Below, piece after piece: positions 9,064 through 17,949 of a stretch of 31,497 nucleotides of DNA (its first letter is position 1; each line of letters begins with the position of its first letter). The notes beneath the pieces were generated by a model. That model did not search any database, had not been told where the DNA came from, and saw only the letters and a program-made list of their open reading frames with translations. The stretch comes from a virus. Lineage: Duplodnaviria; Caudoviricetes. The translations under genes and the position numbers were made by a program. The stretch lies in IMG/VR virus record IMGVR_UViG_3300023283_000360, positions 1 through 31,497 of that record; one strand, written 5' to 3'.

Positions 9064-9474
9064 CTGAGGTGGCTGGATCGCATCGAGATGGCCGCGGTAC
9101 TCGATAAAGCGCTCGTAGGCCGCGCGGCGCGTCGTGGCGGCCGCGATCTGTGACTTGCCGACCAGTCGGTGCCGGCGCACCGCGCGCAGGGCGTTGTTGT
9201 ACGCATCCCGCGTCGCGAGAATGTCGTCAGCCGCCTGCTGCGCCGTCAAGGCGGCGGCGTCGGCCCAGGACTGGACCGCATCCGGCACAGGGTCGGCGTA
9301 GCCCGCCGCCGCGAACGCCTCGGCCTCCTCCTTCGCGAGCTGGTATTCCTCGTCGATGAAGTCCCCCCAGGCGAAGCGCCGGCGGACCATCCCGGCGAAA
9401 CCGTCCAGCTCGCGGATGTAGTGCACGCGCGCGTCCTCGACGCTCGCGAACTGCGACACGTTCTTCGTCGTCAC
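9061..9474 (-). CDS. Tail fibre assembly/chaperone-like protein (137 aa)
   Basis: EEYQLAKEEAEAFAAAGY..VPDAVQSWA..AADDIL pattern of small helical proteins that follow tail fibres. Confidence 0.6.
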   Translation of the reverse strand: MTTKNVSQFASVEDARVHYIRELDGFAGMVRRRFAWGDFIDEEYQLAKEEAEAFAAAGYADPVPDAVQSWADAAALTAQQAADDILATRDAYNNALRAVRRHRLVGKSQIAAATTRRAAYERFIEYRGHLDAIQPPQ

Positions 9475-9848
9475 TGAATCGAGACCTCCATACGATGATC
9501 GAAGTGACGTGGGGCGCGAAAACGCACATCCAGCACGGCGGGTACATCTGAGACGAGCACAAGCTCGCCGCCTTCAATTTCGATGATCTCGCTGTTGATG
9601 ACCGCGATCGCGCCCGCCGGGAGCCCGCTGATCGTGACCTGCCCGGGCACGTCAATAACGGTGGGCACGATGTCTGTACAGTCCCGTCGCTCCCCGGTGT
9701 CTGGGTCGATCCAGTGCTCGTCGTCACGCGCGTCGCCAGCGTACACCCCCTCGTCCGGGGCGAGATGGGCCTCGATGTCACTGGAGTCGCCAACCAGGGT
9801 GGCCCGAATCTCGCCCGTTGACAGATCGTAGATCGCGACGGACACCAT
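9471..9848 (-). CDS. Tail fibre-associated protein (125 aa)
   Basis: VAIYDLSTGEIR N-terminus common downstream of J-like fibres; TGATG coupling to the fibre gene. Confidence 0.65.
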   Translation of the reverse strand: MVSVAIYDLSTGEIRATLVGDSSDIEAHLAPDEGVYAGDARDDEHWIDPDTGERRDCTDIVPTVIDVPGQVTISGLPAGAIAVINSEIIEIEGGELVLVSDVPAVLDVRFRAPRHFDHRMEVSIQ

Positions 9849-11761
9849 CACCGTTTTAGCTCCATGACTCGCAGATACCGCCGGTTCACCTCAACAGTAG
9901 AGCTGTTGTTCGTAAATCTGAAATGTATCGCCTGGAACGAGAAGGCATGCGACCCAGCCGGGAGGGATATGCGTGCCGTGATGACCGCAGTCCCCGACGC
10001 ATCGACCTCGACCTTGCCCCCGTTTTCCTTGATGCCGGAGTCGCTACCGACGGTACCCCGATTGAATACGATTGCACCATCGACGAGCAAACGTACTTCC
10101 CAGCTTATACTGGCCGTGGTGTTGGAGGACCCCGTGCTTGCCCCCTCGATATCGCCGTAACACACGGCGTGGATCTCCACAGGCGCACCGCTGGTCGTCG
10201 CCGAGAAGTTCTGGATAATCTTGAAACTGCCATTCAAGAGGGTGGTCGACCCGGACGTAAAGCTCGACTTGGCGAACGTCACCGCTTGGCCTTGGATCTT
10301 GAGCGTGCCCACCGCGGCGTTGGCGATGTACGCCTCCTGGATCGCCGCGGAGTTCATGTAGGTGCCAATATTGGCCGCGGAGATCTTGTCCAGCGTCGCG
10401 AAATTACCCTGGTTGGTGATCGCCGCCGCCGTGTTTTCGGCGGTCCGATCGGCCCCGGCCTGCGCCGGCGCGTTCACCGCCTGGAGCACGTCGACGATGC
10501 CCGAGTCGAACTGTCGCCCCGAGGAGAGGATGGTGTTGCCGTCGGTGTCGCGGATGACGATCGAGGCGGCCTCGATGTCCCCGCTCTTGTCGAGTCGCCA
10601 CCCGGTCGTCGAGCTGAACGTCGTCGACTGGATGATGTTAGCGATCATCGCGTCGGTGATCTCGGCGTCACCGATCAGCGCTTCGGCGATGGTGCCGCTC
10701 GAGGCGAACAGCTTGTCCGCGGCGACGCTCTCGATCTGCGCGCTCTTGATCACACCGTCGCGGATGCGCGCCTCGTCGATGAACACCGTCCCGCCGTCCA
10801 CGATGAACGGCGCCACCGCGTCGGTCGCCGGGTCCCCGCCCTGGGGCAGGATGGCGAAGCGGTCGGCGTTGACGAAGAACTCGCTGAACGCCCCATCCGC
10901 CGTGTCGTCGGTGGCGGTGCTCGCGAGCCCGAACCCGGCGATCGCGCCGTTGTTGTCAATCTTGACGGTGAACTGCGCCTGTAGCCCGTCGATACTGGTT
11001 GTGTGGGTCTCGATCGTCGTGGTGTTGCCGTCCACCGTCGTCGAGAGCTGGCTGATGTCGCTCGCGAGCGCACTATCGGCATCCGAGCGCAGCGTGGCCT
11101 CGCTCGCGATGCGCGCATCCACCGACCCCGTCAGCGTATCGGGGCCGTCGATCAGATCGATCCGGCTGGTGAGCGCGCTCGTGAGCTCGCTCTCGGCGAT
11201 CTGCCCGCTGAGCTCAGCGAGCAGGAACTCGACGTCGACCGGCGGCGTCGCCGGGGTGCCGGCGGTGGCGTTGAACGGGCCAGCGGTCTCGGTGGTCGAG
11301 ACATGCCGGGCCCAGTAGTAGTAGGTCACCCCGCCCTGCACCTGGTCGTCGGACCACACGCGACCGACCGCCGCGCCGATGAACACGGCGTTGCCGAGGT
11401 TGTCCTCGGTGTTCCGCCAGACCTCGGTGAGGGCGTGGCCATCGTACCCCGGCGGGCCCCACTGCGCGATGACCGTGCGGAAGGCCGCGGTCGCCAGGAA
11501 GCCCGTCGGCGCGATCGGGGTGATGGGCGCGACGGGGCTGTCGTCATCGCCCGCCCCGAGAAACGGGGTGACCGCGTTGGTACTGAACCGGGCATCGCGC
11601 AGATCGCGCAGCGTGATGACGCGCTCGAGCGGGTCGCGCGACTCCCCGTTCCATGCCTTCAGCGCCTCGACCACGCGGTCCAGGGCCTGGCGCACCTTCG
11701 GGTCATCGGCCGCGATCCGACCGAGGCCTAGGCGCCGAGCGACCGGGAGCTTATCGGCCAT
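9848..11761 (-). CDS. Tail fibre / host-specificity protein with FN3-like and DUF1983-like domains (637 aa)
   Basis: TYYYWARHV (FN3-like), AQFTVKIDNNGAIAGFGL..SEFFVNADRFAI..PFIVDGGTVFID (lambda J C-terminal DUF1983-like), repeated I-x-x-A-x-I beta-helix, beta-sandwich tip. Confidence 0.8.
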   Translation of the reverse strand: MADKLPVARRLGLGRIAADDPKVRQALDRVVEALKAWNGESRDPLERVITLRDLRDARFSTNAVTPFLGAGDDDSPVAPITPIAPTGFLATAAFRTVIAQWGPPGYDGHALTEVWRNTEDNLGNAVFIGAAVGRVWSDDQVQGGVTYYYWARHVSTTETAGPFNATAGTPATPPVDVEFLLAELSGQIAESELTSALTSRIDLIDGPDTLTGSVDARIASEATLRSDADSALASDISQLSTTVDGNTTTIETHTTSIDGLQAQFTVKIDNNGAIAGFGLASTATDDTADGAFSEFFVNADRFAILPQGGDPATDAVAPFIVDGGTVFIDEARIRDGVIKSAQIESVAADKLFASSGTIAEALIGDAEITDAMIANIIQSTTFSSTTGWRLDKSGDIEAASIVIRDTDGNTILSSGRQFDSGIVDVLQAVNAPAQAGADRTAENTAAAITNQGNFATLDKISAANIGTYMNSAAIQEAYIANAAVGTLKIQGQAVTFAKSSFTSGSTTLLNGSFKIIQNFSATTSGAPVEIHAVCYGDIEGASTGSSNTTASISWEVRLLVDGAIVFNRGTVGSDSGIKENGGKVEVDASGTAVITARISLPAGSHAFSFQAIHFRFTNNSSTVEVNRRYLRVMELKR

Positions 11762-13356
11762 CACTCACCCCGACGCAGCGCGCTGATGGATGCGCTGACC
11801 GCGAGCTCGCGCACCGCGCCGGCTCCGAGCTCGACCTCAATCTGCCAGGTCCGCGCGCGCACCGGCGGGAAGCGCCGTGGGGCGTTATCGCGCACGACGC
11901 GCTCCACAACGAGCTCGCCGTCCGCCCAAGCGCGCAGCGTCACCGGGTGGGTATCGGCGAGCGCACGGATGACCCCGAGCACGACCGGCGCGGCCGCGTC
12001 GATCTTGCGCGAGCGCCAGCGCCCGGTCATCGGCGTGCCGGCGTCCCACTCCCGCACCTCGTCGCCCGTGGCGAGGTAGGTCGCATCGCGCTCGAGGTCG
12101 TGCCGCAGACCGCCGACGGCCGGCGCGTCGAAGAACACCACCCCGGAGTCCGGCTGCTCAGGGTTGATCACGAACGCCGCGGTCTCGGTACCTGTGTCGT
12201 AGAAGCACAGGTAAAGCCGCTCCCAGAACACCGCGCGCATGCTGTCGGGCTTGAGCGCCTGCCACTGCTCGCGCTCGAAGATCGCCTCGGTCAGCAGCTG
12301 CGCGCCGGCCCCGGAGACGTAGATCAGGCCATCCGGCGAGGGGTAGACCACTCCGGCGCCGGTCGAGACGATGCCCCGCGCTGACGTGCAGGACTGGCGG
12401 ATCTCGGTCTCGGCCACGCTGAGCGAGGCCGGGTCGGTCCCGGAGAGGATGTAGGGCTTGCCCTTGGTGCAGACCACCACGGTCGAGGCGAACGTCCCAA
12501 GCCCCACCACCTCGGTGTCGATCGGGACGCGGTAGCGCACCGGCCAGGCGTGGGGCAGCCCGATCTCGCTCAGCAACACCTCGTTGCCGCGATGGGCGGC
12601 GAGGAAGGCGCCGGCCACGCTGGTCATCCCCGCGGCGTCGTCCGGCGGCATGTCCCACTCGGTGGTGGCGAGCTCCTCGCCGAGGCTCGCGGTCGCCACC
12701 GAGTCGGTGAACTCGCTCGCCGCAATGCCCGCCTCGCCGACGAACTGGAAGATCCCTCCGTTGGTGCGATAGATCCGCACCGCGGTGATCTCGAAGCTAC
12801 CCGACGGCGCGCCCGGGAAGGTGACCACGACGCTCTCGCCGGTGAACACCTCGATCTCGACCGAACTCAACGACGGCGGGCCCTCCTCAGCGAAGGCGTT
12901 GACGTAGGTCGTGACGTAGAACCGCGTCTCGGGCAACTCGTTCGGGTCATCGGGCGTGCCGGTCTTGGAGAGCGCCGGCGCGGTGCTCGGTGCGGGCACG
13001 CCGAGGCGCAGACTAGCCCCAGGGAAGGGCCCGGCGCCGCTGGTCGCCCGGGTGTTGTCGGCGACACGCGGTGATCCAGTACCGGTGAAGAACACCCGGT
13101 CATGGGGGTCGTTGCCGACCGGCGAGCGCACCACGTCGACCGCCTGCTCCCATTCGAGCCAGAGATCGCCGCTATAGCGGAAGATCGCCTCGGGCGTCTG
13201 GGCAAGCGCGGTGGTACGCTCGAGCGCGGTGTCGCGCAACGGCTCGATCGACCCGCTCCAGAGCTTGACGTTGCGGGCGACCGTCGCGTCTCGGTTTCGG
13301 AGCTTGTGCGCATCGGCTACGGGGCGCTCACCAGCGAACTGATCAAGCCGCGGCAT
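11761..13356 (-). CDS. Tail nozzle / tubular (stabilisation) protein (531 aa)
   Basis: DQFAGERP start, RFYVTTYVNAFAEEGPPS, HAWPVRY, VYPSPDGL motifs typical of podovirus nozzle proteins; position after adaptors. Confidence 0.75.
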   Translation of the reverse strand: MPRLDQFAGERPVADAHKLRNRDATVARNVKLWSGSIEPLRDTALERTTALAQTPEAIFRYSGDLWLEWEQAVDVVRSPVGNDPHDRVFFTGTGSPRVADNTRATSGAGPFPGASLRLGVPAPSTAPALSKTGTPDDPNELPETRFYVTTYVNAFAEEGPPSLSSVEIEVFTGESVVVTFPGAPSGSFEITAVRIYRTNGGIFQFVGEAGIAASEFTDSVATASLGEELATTEWDMPPDDAAGMTSVAGAFLAAHRGNEVLLSEIGLPHAWPVRYRVPIDTEVVGLGTFASTVVVCTKGKPYILSGTDPASLSVAETEIRQSCTSARGIVSTGAGVVYPSPDGLIYVSGAGAQLLTEAIFEREQWQALKPDSMRAVFWERLYLCFYDTGTETAAFVINPEQPDSGVVFFDAPAVGGLRHDLERDATYLATGDEVREWDAGTPMTGRWRSRKIDAAAPVVLGVIRALADTHPVTLRAWADGELVVERVVRDNAPRRFPPVRARTWQIEVELGAGAVRELAVSASISALRRGE

Positions 13357-13955
13357 CACAGCCCCCCGTAGCGCACAGTCCGGCGCACGCCGGTCATCCC
13401 CTCATCAACCCCGCGCGCCGCCCACTCATCGGCGGCGTCGAGAAACAGCCGCCAGTGGTAGGTTGCCGTCGAGGCGTCGGTCCAGGCGCGGCCCGGCAGC
13501 GCGAGCAGCCGGGCGATGGCGCCGTTCTCGAGGTGCTCGCCGAACTCGTCCGCGATCTCGTCGGGGATCTCCGCGGCCTCGCGCGTCGGGCGCAGGTTCG
13601 CGTAGACCGTCAGCCGCCCGGAGACGTCCTCAGTCGGGTCGCCGGCCAGGTGGATCTTGTTCGCGGCGATGCGGAAGTACTCGACGCGGTTCTCGGGAGC
13701 GAGATCCTGCATCTGTACGCGCGTTGCCTTGATCAGGCGTCGGTCGTCGAGCAGCGCACGTCGGGCGTCGAACGCCTCGGCCCCGGCGGGCGTGTTGAGC
13801 GTGAGGTCGGCGGCGACGGGGACCTTCTCGACCCAGGCCAGCGAGCGGCGGAAGAACTCGCGCGCCGCGTCGAGGTACCGCGCCTCGGCAAGCGGCTCCG
13901 GCACGCCCGGGGCGGCGAGGAGCAGGTTACCCGTCAGATCCTGTAGCGCGGCCAC
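13356..13955 (-). CDS. Head-tail adaptor-like protein (199 aa)
   Basis: APGVPEPLA..AAREFFRRSLAW, LRPTREA..IPD, GAIARLLALPGRAWTD; synteny. Confidence 0.7.
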   Translation of the reverse strand: MAALQDLTGNLLLAAPGVPEPLAEARYLDAAREFFRRSLAWVEKVPVAADLTLNTPAGAEAFDARRALLDDRRLIKATRVQMQDLAPENRVEYFRIAANKIHLAGDPTEDVSGRLTVYANLRPTREAAEIPDEIADEFGEHLENGAIARLLALPGRAWTDASTATYHWRLFLDAADEWAARGVDEGMTGVRRTVRYGGL

Positions 13956-14535
13956 CGGCTCCCTCCCTGAAGGCGGTGAAGTGGGCGACGGCTCGGCCGT
14001 CCTGGCCGGCAGCCTCTATGTCCTTGCCGTAGGCGCGGTAGAGCACGTAGTCGAGCAACGCCTGGTGGAACTCGCCCGAGACCGGCAACGCGTCGCTGAA
14101 ACCGAGCGCCTGCGGCGGGCGCTGGCTCTCGACCTCGGCCTTGTCGCCGGCGGCCGCCGGCGGCCTGACCCAGAACTCCTCCTGGAGCAGCCCTGGCGCG
14201 AACTGCCGCACCGCTCCGGCCGCCCCCTGATGCCAGTCAGGGGCGACGGCGTTCAAGGCAGCCGGGTCGAAGGGCGTCGTCGCGCGCCCGGGCGAGCCGT
14301 CGGCGGCGATCGCGCGTACGACCTGCACGAAGCGCTCGCCCGCGGGTAGCGTCTGGCGCGTGCCAGCGACGAGCTCGCGCACCTCGCTCACCCGGAACTG
14401 CTCAGGGCGCAATTCGAACAGCGCACCTAGTGCCTCGTTCAGCGCGTCGAGCAACTCCGGTGCAGTCCAGCTCTCGTTGCCCTCGTCATAGAGCTGGATC
14501 GCGGCACGGTCGACGATCTCCGAGGCCTTAGTCAC
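13927..14535 (-). CDS. Head-tail adaptor protein (202 aa)
   Basis: IVDRAAIQLYD..WTAPELLDALNEA, LVAGTRQTLP, ALLDYVLYRAYGKD; synteny after capsid. Confidence 0.75.
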   Translation of the reverse strand: MTKASEIVDRAAIQLYDEGNESWTAPELLDALNEALGALFELRPEQFRVSEVRELVAGTRQTLPAGERFVQVVRAIAADGSPGRATTPFDPAALNAVAPDWHQGAAGAVRQFAPGLLQEEFWVRPPAAAGDKAEVESQRPPQALGFSDALPVSGEFHQALLDYVLYRAYGKDIEAAGQDGRAVAHFTAFREGAGGRATGSDG

Positions 14536-14881
14536 CGAAGCTCAGCTCGTCGAAGAGGGCGTTGACCTCGCTGGCGCTCGCGCCCTCGATACCGGAGAGC
14601 TCGCGCACGACAGCGACCTTGGGCTTGCCCTGGCCGGTGAAGTACTGCGGGTCACCGGTCTCGACGGCCCGGCGGATCGCCTCGCGCAGCGCCTCGGTGC
14701 GATCGAAATCGCTCGGCGCGTTCGCCTGCTCGGCGTCGTTGACCGTGCATCGGTGCTTCACCGCCTCGACGGCGATGAAGTCCTGCACGGCGCGGGTCTC
14801 CCCCGCGGCCAGGCGCACGGTTACGCCGCCGGTCGTGGAGATGGTCACGGGGCGGTCGTTCGGGGCGGTGATCTTCTTCAT
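14528..14881 (-). CDS. Small virion-associated protein (117 aa) with C-terminal FTxxGKP helical domain
   Basis: CAGGAG RBS; YFTGQGKPKVAVVRELSG motif often seen in genes after capsid. Confidence 0.65.
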   Translation of the reverse strand: MKKITAPNDRPVTISTTGGVTVRLAAGETRAVQDFIAVEAVKHRCTVNDAEQANAPSDFDRTEALREAIRRAVETGDPQYFTGQGKPKVAVVRELSGIEGASASEVNALFDELSFGD

Positions 14882-14898
14882 CGGTCCGGGGGCTCCTG

Positions 14899-14935
14899 TA
14901 AAAAGAGCCCCTCCCCCGGGGGTCGGGGGAGGGGC
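14899..14935 (-). terminator. Rho-independent terminator after major capsid gene
   Basis: 12-bp perfect stem gcccctcccccg/cgggggaggggc followed by TCTTTTT on minus strand. Confidence 0.85.
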
Positions 14936-14941
14936 GGTCGC

Positions 14942-16126
14942 TTACATCGCGACGTCGAGGCAGACCACGCCGAAGTCCTCGTCAGTCCCGTCCATGGGGC
15001 TGTAGAAGACCGGCTTGCGGAACCCGGCGATCTTCGCGATGCTGACACCGGGCTTCGCACCGTAGTCCCAGACGTCCTCGTGCCACTGGGGGATACCGAT
15101 GTCGGCGAAGGCGAGGCCCTGCGCGCCCATCAGCACCACCCGGTTACCCTCCACGTCGGCGTTGGCGCCCCACTTGTAGCCCGGGGTGCCCGCGTTCGTG
15201 GAGTCGCCGGCCGTCGCGCCGAGGGTGTTGAACGAGTGGGTCCACTCATGCAGCACCAGGCCGTCGACGGTCACGATGGCGCCGCTGAACAGCGGGTTGG
15301 TGTTCCCGCGCACGCCGGCGTTGCGGACGTTGGCGAGGAAGTCCTGGTCCAGCTTCAGCTTCGCCATCGCCTGCGGGTGCAGGAACACATGGAAGAGCTC
15401 CTGGCCGCTCGCGCGCAGGCTCTTCACCCGGCGATCCTTGGCATGGGCCTTGAGCTCGACCAGCGCGGCGTAGGACAGCTTGTCGGCCGCCGTGACTGCC
15501 GTGGTGTCCCCACTCTTCAGCGACTTCGAGGCGTCGTCCCAGCGGAAGTGGCGCTTCGCGGTCGGTGCGCTGACATCGGACGCGAACTCCAGATCGAACA
15601 GCGCCTCGCCGTCGGGCGCGGTGCCCGTGTTACGGCTGAAAGTCGAGCCGTCGTGGCTGAAGCCCGGCCGCAGGGCACCGTTGGTGCGCAGGCGGTAGTC
15701 CGTGCCGGCCATGGTCAGAGCCGCGAGCTGGTCGAAGCGGTCCGCCAGCCAGAAGCCAAGCAGGTCCCGGCTGGTCTCACGGAAGCGCACAACGGACTTC
15801 TGGTCCGCCATCCGACCCGCGAGCTTGTTGGCGTTCCGCATCTGGTCGATCTGCACAACCAGATCGCGTGCGCTCGCGGACTCCTCGCGCCCGGCGAGCT
15901 CGGCATCGCCGACGACGCCGTCGCCTTCGAGGTCCGGCACCAGGGTAATCACCGCGCGGGTGCCCTTCTCGGAGCGGGTAAGCTCCCGGATACGCTGGAT
16001 GGCGGAGTTGATCCCCTCGCCCGCCAGGTTCATGACAAACGACTGCTGCCGCGCGGTCTTCCAGACGTCGCGACTCCAGGCGGTCTTCTGGTTATCCGTA
16101 AGCAGCGTAAAATTGGTCTCGGTCAC
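14942..16126 (-). CDS. Major capsid protein, N4-gp56/DUF4043-like (394 aa)
   Basis: AGGAGG RBS + GTG; TNFTLLT..KTAWSRDVW, DLEGDGVVGD..L.GREE, IDQMRNA, DFGVVCLD motifs; followed by terminator. Confidence 0.9.
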   Translation of the reverse strand: MTETNFTLLTDNQKTAWSRDVWKTARQQSFVMNLAGEGINSAIQRIRELTRSEKGTRAVITLVPDLEGDGVVGDAELAGREESASARDLVVQIDQMRNANKLAGRMADQKSVVRFRETSRDLLGFWLADRFDQLAALTMAGTDYRLRTNGALRPGFSHDGSTFSRNTGTAPDGEALFDLEFASDVSAPTAKRHFRWDDASKSLKSGDTTAVTAADKLSYAALVELKAHAKDRRVKSLRASGQELFHVFLHPQAMAKLKLDQDFLANVRNAGVRGNTNPLFSGAIVTVDGLVLHEWTHSFNTLGATAGDSTNAGTPGYKWGANADVEGNRVVLMGAQGLAFADIGIPQWHEDVWDYGAKPGVSIAKIAGFRKPVFYSPMDGTDEDFGVVCLDVAM

Positions 16127-16171
16127 AGCTGCGCCTCCTGCGCTAGAAAGTCCTGGTCGATCTCCTTCTCC

Positions 16172-16249
16172 GTGCTGTGACGCCGCACCCGTGCGTGTTC
16201 ATCGTCAGCCTGTGACGTCGGCTGGAGTCGGCCGCGATACGCACGCGGC
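16172..16249 (-). promoter_or_regulatory. Three tandem hairpins in the capsid 5' leader
   Basis: Stems 16231-16249, 16206-16224, 16172-16188 with sense loops UGCGUAU, GACGUCACA, GGCGUCACA. Confidence 0.55.
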
Positions 16250-16807
16250 GGGCGAGTCGTGGGTCGAACCTACCCGATCTTCAACTGGGACTGCTACTGC
16301 GGCGCGCATATAAGCGAGGATGCGTTCGACTTCACCCACCGTGGCATTGCTTTTTAGCTTGTTTGCGCGCCAGGAGATCACCCGGGTATTTCCCGGCGTG
16401 TACCCCTTCGATGGATCGATTCGATCGAGGCTCGGCGATGTCGGGCCGTTGCCTTTGCCACCGCCGTGAGCAGTACCCAGTGGTATTCCGAGAACAGGGC
16501 ACCGATCGGGGATACGAATATCGCCGGGTCCTATGGTGCATGCAATGCCGAGACGTCGGGCTCGCGAACGAGCGGCGTAAATCAGGCTAGCCTCGGGGTT
16601 ATTCGCCTCCCACACCCGTGATCCTAGCGAGTGTTTCTTCCGATTCTCCGGGTCGGCGCGCCACTCCCGGAACTTATCCGCTAGACAGGTAACGCAGGCC
16701 GAGTTCGAGGTGTACCGCTCCGCGGTATGCCCGTTTTTACAAGGACGCCCCGTGAAATAGCGCTTCAGTTCGCGGGCCCGTGCTTCGGGCTTACTTACAA
16801 TTTCCAT
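16205..16807 (-). CDS. Free-standing HNH (His-Me finger) homing endonuclease
   Basis: YFTGRPCKNGH..RYTSNSACVTC N-terminal module; CPVLG..PSLDRIDPSKGYTPGNTRVISWRANKLK; lower GC than neighbours; ATG at 16807. Confidence 0.9.
   Translation of the reverse strand: MEIVSKPEARARELKRYFTGRPCKNGHTAERYTSNSACVTCLADKFREWRADPENRKKHSLGSRVWEANNPEASLIYAARSRARRLGIACTIGPGDIRIPDRCPVLGIPLGTAHGGGKGNGPTSPSLDRIDPSKGYTPGNTRVISWRANKLKSNATVGEVERILAYMRAAVAVPVEDRVGSTHDSPAACVSRPTPADVTG
16267..16297 (-). promoter_or_regulatory. Putative late promoter for capsid gene
   Basis: GTAGCAGTCCCA-N13-TAGGTT. Confidence 0.7.
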
Positions 16808-16813
16808 ACTGTA

Positions 16814-16844
16814 CAATTAGCAAGGACCGCCCTGGGACTGCTAC
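16814..16844 (-). promoter_or_regulatory. Putative late promoter for HNH gene (leaderless)
   Basis: GTAGCAGTCCCA-N13-TAATTG-N6-ATG, directly after a terminator. Confidence 0.6.
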
Positions 16845-16848
16845 TCAC

Positions 16849-16876
16849 AAAAAGGCCCCGCACCGGGGTGCGGGGC
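16849..16876 (-). terminator. Rho-independent terminator after scaffold gene
   Basis: 9-bp stem gccccgcac/gtgcggggc then CTTTTT on minus strand. Confidence 0.8.
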
Positions 16877-16894
16877 AAGGCCCCAAGGTGGCTG

Positions 16895-17887
16895 TTAGAG
16901 CATGTCGCCGCGGTGCTTGCGCAGCTCCTGCTCGGAGAGCTTCTCGAACTCCTCCTCGTCGATGCTCATGATGTCGATGTCACCGTCGGCCGGCTGACCC
17001 GTAGGCTCCGGCGGCTGCGAGGCGGCGTCCTTCAGCTTCTTCTCGACCTGCTGGGCCGTGGGCTTGTCCTGCGCCGGCGGTGACTCGGGCTTGGCTGGTT
17101 CCGCGGCCGGCTCCGCGCCGGCCTTGCCGACGCCATTGGCCCGGGTGACCAAGTCCACGGCCTTGCGCACGGCGAGCGCCGGGGTGAAGTCCGAACGGCC
17201 CTTGTAGTACTCGAAGAGCTCGAGCGCCTCGTCGGTCAGCTCGTTGTTGAACTGATCGCTCTCGGCGTCGAACACCGGGTATTCCTGCATGAGCTCGTTA
17301 ACGGTGGTCTTGAGCTCGAGCTGGGCCTGGGTCTGCTCGCTGGTACGCCGGGAAGCCTGCTGAACCCGCTGCTCGTAGAGCGACTGCTCCGCAGAGCGGA
17401 TCTCGCGCCGGATCGAGAGCGCCTTGTCATGGTCGCCGTCGGTCACGGCGTCCATGTACTCCTTCTCCTTGGCGTCGAAGTCGAACTGCTCGGCCTCGTC
17501 GGCGGCCTTCTTCTGCGCCTCGATCTCAGCCAGCCGGGCCTCGGCCTGCTTGCGGCGCTGGTTGATCTCATCGAAACGGGACTTGGGGATCCGAGGCTCC
17601 TTGCTCCGATCGCCATCCTTGTCCGCATCACTCTCCGACTCCGGCTCGCCCGCCTCGGGCTCGGCCGGCGGAGACTCCTTCGACTGAGGCTCAGGCTCGG
17701 GTTCAGCGTCTTTGGGGGGCTCGGTAGCCGGATCGGGGTCCTTGGCGGGGGGTTCGGTCGAGGGCGGGGTGAGCTCATCGCCACGATCAGCGGTAGCATC
17801 ACCGTCGTCCAGATCATCGAAGTCCTCCGCTCCGGCCCGTACCAGACCACTCAGGTCTTCGTTGTCATCCTTCCGGTTGTCGGCCAT
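16895..17887 (-). CDS. Capsid scaffolding protein (330 aa)
   Basis: Acidic Pro-rich N-terminus, IPKSRFDEIN motif, coiled coil, C-terminal MSIDEEEFEKLSEQELRKHRGD; between portal and capsid; AAGGAG RBS. Confidence 0.85.
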   Translation of the reverse strand: MADNRKDDNEDLSGLVRAGAEDFDDLDDGDATADRGDELTPPSTEPPAKDPDPATEPPKDAEPEPEPQSKESPPAEPEAGEPESESDADKDGDRSKEPRIPKSRFDEINQRRKQAEARLAEIEAQKKAADEAEQFDFDAKEKEYMDAVTDGDHDKALSIRREIRSAEQSLYEQRVQQASRRTSEQTQAQLELKTTVNELMQEYPVFDAESDQFNNELTDEALELFEYYKGRSDFTPALAVRKAVDLVTRANGVGKAGAEPAAEPAKPESPPAQDKPTAQQVEKKLKDAASQPPEPTGQPADGDIDIMSIDEEEFEKLSEQELRKHRGDML

Positions 17888-17949
17888 CGTTCACTCCTTG
17901 AGCGTGTATCGTCCGACTCACACGAATCGCCGGCGCTCGGCCGGCGGGC

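Noticed and set aside
9848-10280. Diversity-generating retroelement target in the fibre tip
   Set aside because: No reverse transcriptase and no template/variable repeat pair in the window
16261-16275. GGTTCGA T-loop-like sequence (also 25880-25935)
   Set aside because: No acceptor stem, D-arm or anticodon arm could be built; not a tRNA
16127-16894. Group I intron housing the HNH gene
   Set aside because: Flanking genes are complete with own stop/start, a terminator intervenes, and no intron core elements were recognised
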